Assembly (NCBI GenBank): GCA_964016885.1
Contig: CAXHJY010000593.1
Coordinates: forward strand, 62,001-126,000
Reading direction: 5' to 3'
DNA: 64,000 nucleotides
Source: Eledone cirrhosa
Lineage: Eukaryota
Shown here: positions 26,966 to 38,685 of the stretch, one piece after another
Layout: the number at the start of each line of letters is the position of its first letter
Numbering within the stretch: the first letter of the stretch is position 1
Notes under the pieces: generated by a model
The model's input: the letters and a program-made list of their open reading frames with translations, nothing else
What the model was told of the DNA's origin: nothing
Database searches by the model: none
Position numbers and translations under genes: made by a program

Positions 26966-27530
26966 CATCATCATCATCATCATGGTTTAACGTCCATCTT
27001 CCATGCTTGCATGGGTTTGGACGGAATTTTCCCACTTGAGGCAAGATTGGTTGTCCTGCTCGTATAGGACTGTCTGGCGGGTTTTCTATGGCTGGATGCC
27101 CTTCCTAACACCAACCACGTTTACAGGGTGGACTGGGAGGTTTTTACCGTGTTACCTACACGGCCACATTACAGCGTGGATTGTGTGTTTTTTTTGTCGT
27201 GACACCTACACGTCTGGCGGGTTTTCTACGGCTGAATGCCCTTCCTAACACCAACCACGTTTACAGTGTGGACTGGGAGGTTTTTACCGTGTTACCTACA
27301 CGGCCGCATTACAGCATGGACTGTGTGTTTTTTTTGTCGTGACACCTACACGACCTCATTTGTTTCGGAGTGGATGTTGTGGTACCAACATAACCATATA
27401 AGCTAGAATCAGTTCCCATATGAGCAAGACAAGGTCAGCCGACCGGACACTGCCCACAAAGGGACAACCCGTCTAACCCATGCTAGCATGGAAGAACGGA
27501 CGTAAAACGGTGATGATGATGATGATGATA
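26966..27530. mobile_element. two RTE 3'UTR pieces arranged tails-out; left piece has a ~141-bp internal tandem duplication
   Basis: (CAT)n at 26966 (minus-strand subfamily B UTR; 27071-27211 repeated at 27212-27352) and (GAT)n at 27511-27529 (plus-strand subfamily C tail). Confidence 0.75.
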
Positions 27531-27717
27531 ACAAGTTTTGTACTTATCAGCCTATCAGACAACCCTTGTATATTTCAGGTCAAAGTACTGTTATTCTTCA
27601 AACTTCAGTTGTTATTTTTTGGATTTTGTTTTTATTATTGTTTTTATTTTGCTGATACTCTGTAATAATTATTATCTATCTGTACCTCATCTGATGATTC
27701 TGACATTATTTCATATA

Positions 27718-27865
27718 AGGCATAGTTACATCCCTTTACGGTCTGAGTTCAAATCCCGCCAAGGTTAACTTTGCCTTTCATCCTTACGGGGTCGATAAAA
27801 TAAAGTACCAGTAATGTACTGGGTAATTGTCTGGCCTTGTGCCTAAAGTAGAAACAATTATTTCA
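27718..27865 (+). mobile_element. SINE S2, 5'-truncated
   Basis: Matches 15200-15360. Confidence 0.85.
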
Positions 27866-29325
27866 TATAAGGTTTGTAAAATATCTCAATGTGTAACTTG
27901 TTTTAACGCAGTCGAGAAGCCTCCAAGGGAACTTGCTACTCAATTTACCAACGTAGCTGTCAAATATCTCTTAATAAGCTCCAATTTGAAAAAAAAAACA
28001 CATGTCTTTAAGCCATATCCCATAATAAAGATAGGGATGGAAATATTAAGAACACTGATCAAATGATTCTTCAGTCTTCCACTAGATCAATTCTTGTAGT
28101 GCTAAATGAAGTTACTGGACAAAAATAACTTAATTTATGCTTTCATTCCTCCTCTTTATCATTGAATAGCTTTTGATGGCAAATAAACATCTGTAAAGAA
28201 ATTTCTCGGTATTCTTAGCACATGTTTCATAAGGGTTTGTACTTTAGCAGGGGGAAAACTGACGTCAAATGAGGATGATAGCGTGCGTGCGTGTGTGTAC
28301 CTTTTGTGTACCTAATATAAAAATGTAAACTATGGATGCACAAGAGATGCAGTGTGGTTGCAGGCAACCTGAAAGAGAAGAAAGACCTTGTATCTAGCAG
28401 ATGCACAGGTGTTATTGGCAGTAAGACCACTCATGAAATAAATTCTTTCAAATGCCTGGGACACTCCCTAGTATTAGTTGACAGTCTCTGTACCTAGGTA
28501 ACCATGTCAGCAGCAGAAATAGGGATCTTTCAGCTAATTTTTTACTCAGGAGGATATTCCACTGTATAGATGAGAATTACTCCCACACCTGAATATATTA
28601 TAAATTAACAGCTAAAATTTTAATTATATATATCATCATCATTTAACATTTATTCTTGATGATGATGATACACAATCACATGCATATATGCATATGCATT
28701 TCTTCACCCTTAAAGTTTTGAAGAGTAAAGAAAGGTTTCTTTTAGAATGTCCATGTATTGTTGGCCTTATATATTTTTTTTATATCTTTTAAAACTGTTG
28801 CCTGCTTTCTTTCCCCATCTATTTTCTCTCCCCAAACCACTTTCCATGTCTGGTATCTTATTTCTTTCTTAGGATGTACATACTCAACATCAGCCTAAAT
28901 ATAACCCATAACTACTTGTATATAGTACATTCTCTATATGCAGGTGTGGTAGGGTAGGATATATATAAATATATGTATGTGTATGCATGCATGTGTAATT
29001 TATGTTTATAAATTTATAAGTTATATATATAAATTATTTAGCCTAATACACTTGAATTTAGATCTTGTTTCACAAAGCTAATAAGACTGGCTAAATGAAA
29101 AGTTGTTGCTGTTGTTATTTTCAATGATTGCTTGTTTGTTTGTTTGTGTGGAAGCGGGGGGGGGGGTCCAATTTACTTATAGGCACTCTATATCTCTTCA
29201 TTTCTCTCAATTTCTTTCCCTAGCATTTATTCCTCCCTCTATTCCCACACATTTATGTCTATCTGTCCCCTCTTTCCACATGCTTAGAATTTTCAAAAAA
29301 TACCACAATCAATAAAAAATATAGT

Positions 29326-29725
29326 CATCATCATCATCATCATCACCGTTTTACGTCCGTTCTTCCATGCTAGCATGGGTTAGACGGGCTGTCCTGTTGT
29401 GGGCAGTGTCTGGTCGGCTGACCATGCCTTGTTCATACAGGAACTGATTTTGGCTTGATTTCTACAGCTAGATGCCCTTCCTAACACCAACCTCATTTAC
29501 AGTGAGTGCTGGGTGCTTTTTTCTGTGGCGCCTACATGTCCACTTTACAGTGTGGGCTGGGTGCTTTTTTATCGTGGCACCTCCACGATCACTTTGCAGT
29601 GGGAGGGTGTGGGGGCATATTGTCTATTTGCTTCAGCTTCGGCTTGTACCCATGGGAGGTCGGGTACTCTGTATTACTGCGTGACGCCAGAGGTCACAGT
29701 CGTGTGTCATCGCCTTTGAGAGGTG
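29326..29725 (-). mobile_element. 5'-truncated RTE (subfamily C) C-terminus and 3'UTR
   Basis: Minus translation LSKAMTHDCDLWRHAVIQSTRPPMGTSRS*, then the aggaagggcatc module and (GAT)n tail. Confidence 0.8.
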
Positions 29726-30304
29726 TAATTGGGTAATTATAGATATTTGTATTATATTGTCTGTACCAAACAGCCTCACATTGCCAGTGTGACTGAATCA
29801 ATACGACACTGGTCCTTTAAATTATAGGTGCATTTCAAAAAGTTTACATCCACGCAGTTTCACTCTCAAGACTTGGATCAACCCGAAGCTATGATAAATG
29901 ACACAGGCCACACAGTTTGATTGAACTTAGAAGGTCATGGTAGTGAAAAAGACCTGTTTGGCTAATTAGTATCACTACTAGAACCATTATTAGTGCTAAG
30001 AAACTCTCAGGAGAGCTGGATGGCAAGTCTTCAGAGAAGAACCCCCCCCCACACACACACACACACAAACACTCCCTCAAGCAAGTGTTTCAGCCCTTAA
30101 CTTCTTACACTCTAAGGAAACCGGGTCACATCCCGGTCATGACTCCTAGGTGCCCTTCTGCTGACACTTAGCCATTCGGATATCGGAGACTTGCTGTGTA
30201 TTTAAACCCTATAGAGATTTTGTTGACAGGATCTAGCTGGAATTATAATATAAATAAATACAGTAAGACCTCACACACACACACACACCTATATATATAT
30301 ATAA

Positions 30305-30810
30305 ACAAAATTAGAAGTTGATTTTTCGCTGTAGCATAGCTGATTGCATAAATGTAAGTATGGGTTATATTGAATAGTAATATTAATATTCGATTCGTTT
30401 GCAAGCAAACAGCCTACTAAGCTATGCTGTGTTTTGATGGCTATCACCATTCATTTGTTCAACAGTAGCATTAAAGAACAATCAACATGTTTCTGGGTCA
30501 TCAGGACTGTATACCTCTCTGCCACTCGATTGAACTGTTGAAAATACATAGTATTTTCTAACGTATACATTTATGTAATCAGCTATGCTAGAGTTACATC
30601 TATGTATCAGCTATGCCAGAGCCAAAAATCAAATTCTAATTTTGTTTTTAATTTTCGGCAAGGCCAGCTGTAAAATTGCTCAGTGTGCAAATGAGGATAA
30701 TCAGCCAATGTATACTTTAGAAAATACTATGTCTTTTCAACAGTTCAATAGAGTGGCAGAGAGATATACAGTCCTGATGAAGGGTAATGACCCAGAAACA
30801 TGTTGAACAA
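30305..30810. mobile_element. Penelope-like compound fold-back next to (TA)n
   Basis: Inverted pairs 30483-30572 / 30707-30806 and 30307-30356 / 30566-30643. Confidence 0.7.
30770..30808 (+). ncRNA. minimal type-I hammerhead ribozyme motif (probably partly decayed)
   Basis: agtc-CTGATGA-a-gggt(aatg)accc-a-GAAA-catg-TT-ga; palindromic stem III (ACATGT). Confidence 0.6.
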
Positions 30811-31061
30811 GTAATGTCACAACTAGTAAAACACTACCATCATCATCATTATTTGCTAATTTGATTTTGTCAATAAATAATTGTCTCCTTGTTCTACTTA
30901 GTCTATTTTAGTAACTAGGCTAAAAGTAGTAGTGGTGGTGGTGAGTGTAGAGAGGGTTCTGTAATCTTTAATACCAGGTCACATAGTATATATTTTAGTA
31001 CTATTGATACATTAGCCCTGTCTCCCCCTTGTGTGTGTGTGTGTAGATATGTTTCAATATC

Positions 31062-31407
31062 TGGAGGCATATGGCTTAGTGGTTAGAGCATTGGCCTTGC
31101 AATCGAAAGGTTGTGAGTTCAATTCTCAGACCGGGTGATGTGTTGTTTCCTTGAGCAAGACACTTTATTTCACATTGCTCCAGTTTACTCAGCTGTAGAA
31201 ATGAGATGATAGGGACTGGGATCCATATCATTCCACTGTGAAGTGGTCGTGGAGGTGCCATGGCAAAAAAGCACCCAGCACTCACTGTAAATGAGGTTGG
31301 TGTTAGGAAGGGCATCCAGCTGTAGAAATCAAGCCAGAATCAGTTCCTGTCCCACCCTTGCAAGCAGGGAAAAAGCGGACGTAAAATGAAATGATGATGA
31401 TGATGAT
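31062..31407 (+). mobile_element. full-length SINE S1 (tRNA head, CORE-like domain, RTE-derived body and tail)
   Basis: TGGCTTAGTGG A-box and GAGTTCAATTC B-box; ccttgagcaagacactt...ccagtttactcagctgtagaaatg resembles the MIR CORE; RTE tail and (GAT)n. Confidence 0.9.
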
Positions 31408-31935
31408 CTCCTACTTCTCACTGTTTCCTTCCAATCTCCTAATGTCCAAAATAGTTCTATTGGTAATTTTCTCACTCTCCTCAATAATCTCGCAACACAC
31501 ACGCACACACTTTCTTTTTACAATTTCTCCATACATTTTCCTCTTCCTACTCTCTCTCTACTCTCTTATTCTATCTATTTATTTATCTATGTATCTATCT
31601 TATATATTCATACCTGCATATTTGTATAAATAATAGGTCACATCTACAGCTGACATCTTGTTTGTGGACAAGACATATTTAATTCTACATTGCCTTAGAT
31701 TACTAAGTAATTATTAAAAGTAGTTGCAAGGTTTTTGTGTATGTATGTATGTATGTGTGTGTGTGGGGGGGGGGGTATCTTTGCTAGATTAACTTTCTAT
31801 CCAGGAAGCAGACATGATTTTTTTATCCATATGCTATATCAGAGCTATACAGTGTATCAGATAAGTGTGTGTGTGCATGTGTAATCTATGAATGGATACC
31901 TACTGCCATTTTCCATTTATTGTTGAAATCAAATG

Positions 31936-32705
31936 TACTGTATATACTTGTCTATAAGCTGAGAAGTATATGACAAAAAAATATTAATGGTAAAATGGGG
32001 GTCAGCTTATATTCTAGGTTCAATTTTTACATAAATAAGGTGCTAAAATATCTGGAGAGATTATTTTAGAATGAGACATGAGGGTTATTTTTGCATTCCC
32101 TTGAGAACATTCTCAACAAATTTTTATAATTTGAACTTTTTACTATATAAATATCCCCTACGCAAACACACATACATGCACCAACTGTTTTTCTCTGTGT
32201 CTTAATTATACATTTTCTTTCAATCTTGAAATCTTATTTCTGACATCTATTTTATTGCTCTCATTCTCCTTTCTCAATCTTGTCCATTCTTTCACTTGCT
32301 TCCCCCTCCCCTCCTTCTTCTACTCTATGAATCCCTTTACAATATTCTCTTATTTGAACTCTTGTTTTTACCTATTCCCTATTCATTATATCTCCTTGCA
32401 GCATGTGAGTGGCCGGAAGTAAACAAAAATTCATGAAACTTGTTGAAACTTTATATAATGGATGAGATGGTAAAAAAATCATCATGATGAAACAAAAACT
32501 GTATTCTAAACAACACTTAGCATTTTAAATATTGAAATATCAAAACCATATATATACATTCTCCACTCATAAGAATTTCAAAACTGCACCATTTAAACAT
32601 GTGTTGATTAGCTGCCTTGGCTTATAAACAGGGTTTGGATTTTTGCCCATTTCTCAGACATAAAATACAGGATTGGCTTATATTCGAGTAGAAAGATACA
32701 TGGTC
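31936..32705 (+). mobile_element. degenerate Tc1/pogo-like non-autonomous element (related fragment at ~40252-40400)
   Basis: tactgtatatacttgtctataagctgag start and ggcttatattcgagta near the end (decayed TIRs). Confidence 0.5.
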
Positions 32706-34357
32706 TTTATTTTCTACACTCCTTAGTTTTATGTGAATTTAGTGTCATTGTTGAAGTGTTTCATGTCACATATTATCTATTCAATATTATGCTGGACATC
32801 TCCATGACAAATTCATATAAACCCCATCCATCTGAAAACTAAACTTGTCCTTTTCCCCCTTAACTTCACTCCTGTACTGCAGATGAACTAAATCCAAAAT
32901 AATCAGATGATTTTCTCAACCACAAGCAGACTAAGGCAGTCTTATAACTATAACCATTAACAAGTATTTTCTTGCTGATGGGTGTTAAAGTAAATCCATC
33001 TAATGATATTTTTTATTTATTTATATCACTTAATCAAAGGGAGAAGAGAGAAAGTTATCATCAGACTAGAGCTCTGGCCCAAATAAGTTGCCAATGTGGA
33101 CTCTTAAAGGTACCTAAGGACCAGATGGTAGTGTTAAACTAGGCAACGAAGTATGATAGGAATAGTTCCTCCAATGGGTTTCTACAGTTTTCGTTGACTA
33201 AATTTCATTTACAAGGCTTTAATAAACTGGATGCTATGGTTCTTACCCAAAGTGCCAAGCAGTTGAATTAAACATGGAGCCATATAGTTGCATAGGTGGT
33301 TTCTATTTTTTATTTTTTATTTTGAACGCTGTTAAATTAACTCAAGTCTCTTGATCCTGTGTATTTTTTATATGACACTTGAGAAACAAAACCTGAAGAT
33401 TACTGTAGGATGTTTTAATCAAGACAGAGCAAATAAAATATAGTTTAAATTCTACTTATATTAATCCACTAGTTGCTTGATCACAAAGCTTTAAAAAAAT
33501 TATCATCATGCATGTTTGAATAATTTTTTGTTTTGTTTTCCATTAAAATGTTATAAACATAAACATTCAAAGGTCAAAGCATTTTGAGTAGTTCTTTATC
33601 TCAGGAGTTGGATTTCTCAGTCATTTATTTGACAGCTTAGATAACCTGAATTGGTTTACTGAAGAAATATCTTAATCTGGTTATGAAGTCTCTGTAGACT
33701 TAAGGCTAAATATAAAATATCCTAAACTTTTAACAATGCTTGGTCTTATTAAAAAAATTTGTTTGCATTAATTTTACTTTTTAAATGCTAATACTACTAA
33801 CTAAATATTAACTTATAAGCTGCATACAATGTTCTGCAATTGTTTGTTAGTTAAAAAACAAGAAAAATGTTAAATATACACATTTATTGCAATAATTATT
33901 TATGAATAGAAGAAAGAAATTTATGGACACAATTATAATTCATAAAGGCATTTAGCATATACATTTCTTAAAAATTGCTTAAAAATCAGCTTTGCAGAAT
34001 TTAAAGTTCTTATCACTTTATTTTAAAACTATAGGAATGATCAATTTTTGCAGTCCCAAATGAAAAGATATTTGAAGGGATGTGAGATTATAAATTGCAT
34101 GTTTATATAACAAAAGTGAACAGAGCTTATATGTAGTCTTTAGAAAAGAATCATAATTGATGATCCTCCATCGTCTGCTGGGCCAGCATTATTTTCCAGT
34201 TTCTGCATGAAGACACCAATCTCGCAACTTCTGTTGGTAATCTTCCTCTGTTTTTTAAGCATTAATCTACATTCTAATGTTGCTCTGAAGGGTAGTATCT
34301 ACATTTAAACAGACTCACATATGCCCCTCAAATTTCTCCTTGGTCACTTCACCTGTC

Positions 34358-34804
34358 TTAACCCTTTAGTTACCAAACCGGCCAAAACCAGCTCTGGTTC
34401 TATGAAATAAAACCATCTATTTTAAAGGTTTCCAATTTAAATTAAAATCTTCCAACATAATTTTATATAAGAACCTTATATTAAGTTACTATCTTAGTAA
34501 TGAAATAATGAATAATGTTAGTAAAACCCTCAAAATTCTTCATTAATTAATTAAAATAGATAGATTGGTAGATTGGCAGTATCGGTAGAGAGTCGGACGC
34601 CATGCTTTCCAGCATAGTTATGTCCCTTTACGGTCTGAGTTCAAATCTCGCCGAGGTTAACTTTGCCTTTCATCCTTACAGGGTCGATAAAATAAAGTAT
34701 CAGTAATGTACTGGGTAATTGCTGGCCTTGTGCCAAAAAGTAGAAACAATTAATTAATTAAAATAGAGTGTATTTCATTAGAAATGCAATCATGAAAGGT
34801 TTAA
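34358..34804 (+). mobile_element. MITE M1 interrupted by SINE S2
   Basis: TTAA ends; SINE at 34561-34748 flanked by the 19-bp direct repeat attaattaattaaaataga (34542-34560 and 34749-34767). Confidence 0.9.
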
Positions 34805-35116
34805 TCAGATAATATACTCAGTCACCAAAAATTAAAAAAAATGTTTCTATTTACCCATCTGCAGACGATGTAATGAAAGAACACAGAGCTAACCTCTATT
34901 TTCACCAAACTCTTCAAACTCAGTTCAATACATTAGATGTTTCATTTAAAATATCTTGTTTTTTTTACCTGAAATGTCACATTTTGTTTTTTTCTGTCAG
35001 GTATACACAAGAATATAATTTACAACTTTTATTGAGGATGTTGCTAAATTGTCTAAATCACCTCTAGTTAACCTTTTCTTGACCATATTTCTTATGAAAT
35101 ACACTCTATTTTAATT

Positions 35117-35305
35117 GAGACCCAGGGGTAGACCACGAGAAAGATGGTTGAATAACATCCATGAGCTTGGCTGGTCTCACTTGGTGATCCAGCCAGATCA
35201 GTTGGAGACAGTTGCTTCTGACAGGATCTGCTGGAAGGTGTGTTTGAGGTTTCTGCTCCCACGACCCTCTAAGGAATAAGTGGGCGAAGAAGAGAAGAAA
35301 AGACA
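35117..35305 (+). mobile_element. RTE family D 3' fragment
   Basis: gagacccaggggtagacc...ggaataagtgggcgaagaagagaag. Confidence 0.8.
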
Positions 35306-35857
35306 AAGAAATCTAATGGACTGAAATAGCCACTCCCAACAACTTATATAACAAATTAATCTCTTCTAATCCCAGTGTTGTTTCATCAATTCTTTCCCTT
35401 ACAACTTTCCATGATATATGTGTGGGAGTGTATTTACAGGTTAGTTGGTGTCTTTACCATTTCTTGGTAGAAAGATGTGTAAGAGAAGAGGGGTTCTCTC
35501 TGATTATTTGGCACAGTTTTCTACTCATTGAGTACACTTAGAGAAATCTTAATAAAATGCCAAGTAAAAGGTTGTGGAACCTTTCATTAGCTAACAACTG
35601 TATTAAGATAACATTTGTCTGACACAATATGCCTGAAAATGTTAGATAAAGTAAACATGTACAATAAAAACAAAGTAGCTTTTGAAGAGTTATAAGGAGT
35701 GGGTAGTTTTTTTTTGTGTTTTTTTTTTTTAACAGGTTAACAGGTAGAATGGATGGGTAGATGAATGAGTGGATAAAGCATCTAACTTAGCTTACACATT
35801 TCAAAAAATGCTGACTCTAATGGAATTACAATTATAATTTTTTTGAGATGTTGAGTC

Positions 35858-36251
35858 CTCTCCGGTCTCAAATAATCGGCCGTTCCCTGCCCCCGCTTAT
35901 TAATTTTTCAGATTTATTTACACACCCCGACCCTCCGTTCTTATCCCACCCTCACCTATTAAATTTTACTTATCTATCTCAGACGAAATTATATTTTAAA
36001 TGGTAATAATTAATTTTCTTTAGGCATTAATAAACATTCTACATGACAAAAAAGAACATTTCAAGAAATTTTATGTTATCAAATAAATAGGATGAATTAG
36101 GGGTCTCAATATGTAAACTAAATGACTAATTCTGGTTTTTAAAAAAACCAAGGGAGACAACCTAGAAAAATTACCGACTTTTCACCACCCCCACCCCCAC
36201 CCCACACACACACACACACACACCCCACCCCCATTATTTGGGACCAGAGAG
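35858..36251 (-). mobile_element. Tc1/mariner-type MITE M2
   Basis: TIRs ctctccggtctcaaataa / ttatttgggaccagagag. Confidence 0.75.
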
Positions 36252-36564
36252 TGTTTTGATACAGATATTTTGATTGTGTTTTCTTTTAATTTACACTCTT
36301 TCAACTATTTTCTATATACTTAATCATCAGTTTTACATCCAGTTTTCTGTGCTGGCATGGGTTGGACAAAACACTTTGAGGCAGTATTCTAGAGCAAGAA
36401 GTCCTTCCTGACACCAATTCTCTCTTATTTTAAATACATTCCACATCTAACCACTGAACAGCAATCACTCTCTTTATGTAGAATGTAAACATATACCACC
36501 AACTGTGATTTCAAATGTAAAAATAAGAGACAAACAAGAATGCACACATACACATACATTTATA

Positions 36565-36702
36565 TGATGGGCTTCTATACAGTTTCTGTCTACCAAATTC
36601 CTTCACAAGACATTATTAGTCAGTTGAGGCTATATTAGACACTTACCTGAATCCAAGACCATCTAGTTGTGAAGTTAACTCCTTAATCACACAGCCATAC
36701 CT
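36565..36702 (-). mobile_element. decayed tRNA-SINE (related relics at ~33175-33295 and ~18550-18660)
   Basis: cagtttctgtctaccaaattccttcacaag...ggctata...gacactt...ccttaatcacacagccat recurs in the window and resembles recalled octopus SINE sequence. Confidence 0.5.
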
Positions 36703-37289
36703 GGAAAAACAGATGCAGACACAAAATCAATATATATATATATATAAAACATGAGAAGAATGAATACTGCGTGGTTGCACATGGGTTACATATGATAAAA
36801 ATAGTCCTTCATCAGTGATTTTCCAACCCTCATTGGTATTTCACACATACACACATATATATATACACACATATATATGCCACTGTCCAAACTCGAAAGT
36901 ATCCCCAAATTCTATGCCTAATCACATGATCTTCCTCAACCTATCAAATTGTACTTCAAACATATAGCCATCTGAGCCACATTTTTTTTATAAAACTAAA
37001 AGAAATTCCCAACATCAATTGGATGTGAGTTAGAAGTCGGCATAGCCACTCATTTCGCCACCTGTATCCCACCTGTATTAACTGAGAACATGAAACAGAC
37101 ATGAAACAGAATTACATCCAGTTTTTAGAATGTTTCTTTTGGAAATTTTCTGTTTTGCATTATTATCTGTCCAAAGTGTATTGTGGAATGTATCATTTAA
37201 CTGAAACCTATCTTTCTCACACACTTCCTATTGTACTATTTTTCTTGGTAAAGAGGACCTTACAAATACATAACACATTTTTGCTTGTA

Positions 37290-37662
37290 AATATATTTAC
37301 TCACTCATACACACAGTTATATACATATTTACTCACATACTTACATGACACACATGCATATATATCTATATATATACTATGTAAATACACATTCTGACAC
37401 ATACACTCACTCATCCACATGTGCATGCATGCATTCATGCATGTACACATGCATTTATTTGAGAACACACATATATATATATATATATATCTACCAGCAT
37501 ATATAAAAAAGCATACAAATACAAACAGCTCATGCATTAATACACACATATGTAAACAGACATATATTTGTACCTGAAAAACTTTGGAAGTATGCATGAA
37601 TACACAAACACACATGCACACACATTCATGCATGAACACACACACACACACATTCATGCATG

Positions 37663-37728
<66 letters not shown>

Positions 37729-37760
37729 CATGCACGAGATCACACAAGCACATTCATACC
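37290..37760. repeat. (CA)n/(CATG)-rich low-complexity tract
   Basis: Seen directly. Confidence 0.85.
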
Positions 37761-38083
37761 CAAACATTTGTTTATGCAAGCATGATGACGCATTCACATC
37801 TGTAGCCAAACATTTGTTCAAACATATATTCATGCAAATTATGTGCCTACATCTTCCCATCTAAACTGGCAACAAACCACTATCTCACAACATACTTCAT
37901 TGTTTGCAGTTGGGAAGATTAAGTAAGGTCAACAGAAAATTATGAGACACCCTCACCATACGTGGGTATCAGACAAGAAATCTGGATGAAACAGCACAAA
38001 CAACAGCAGTGATGATTATAGTCTCTTTGGTCTACTTGTTTGTCACTATGTTGAAGTAAACTTACTACTTCACTTAGGTCTCC

Positions 38084-38685
38084 TTAACCTTCTTTTCATT
38101 ACCTACCAGGCCAAAACCAACTCTGGTTCTGTGAAATAAAGCCATCCATTTTAAAGGGTTCCTATTTAAATTAAAATGTTCCAAGATAATTTTATACAAA
38201 AACCACAACTTGAGTTACTCTCTTGTATGTATGTATGGATCAGTAACTGCTGGTGGAGTTGTAGTGGCACTGTAGACACATACAGCATTTCTTGGGCATT
38301 TTTCAACCTGGCCAAGCCCTTTCCTTGCCAGCTCTGAACATAGCAGATTTCTTCTAGAGAAGGGCAGAGAGTGATAGAGAGGACATGGAAAAGAGATATA
38401 GAGAAAGAATCACTCTCAGTACATGACTGGTACTTTTTTTTTATCAACCTTGAACGGATGAAAAGCAAAGTTGACTTTGGTGGGGTTTGAACGCTGAGTG
38501 CAGACAGCTGGAACTAATATTCCAAAACATCCTATCCAATGTTTTAATGAATCTTCCAATGTTCTGCTTTTAATAATGCTTTTCATAATGAAATATTTAA
38601 TAATTTTAATAAATCCCTCGAAATTCTTGATTAATTAATTGAAACAGAATGCATTTCATTAGAAATATAATCATGAAAGGGTTAA
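38084..38685 (+). mobile_element. MITE M1 interrupted by an older S2-related SINE on the minus strand (~38226-38580)
   Basis: M1 halves flank gactggtacttt...ggatgaaaagcaaagttgac...tttgaac; the insert tail also matches 1780-1920. Confidence 0.7.

Noticed and set aside
31062-31135. tRNA gene
   Set aside because: A/B boxes are present but there is no convincing cloverleaf; it continues into a SINE body found in three copies.
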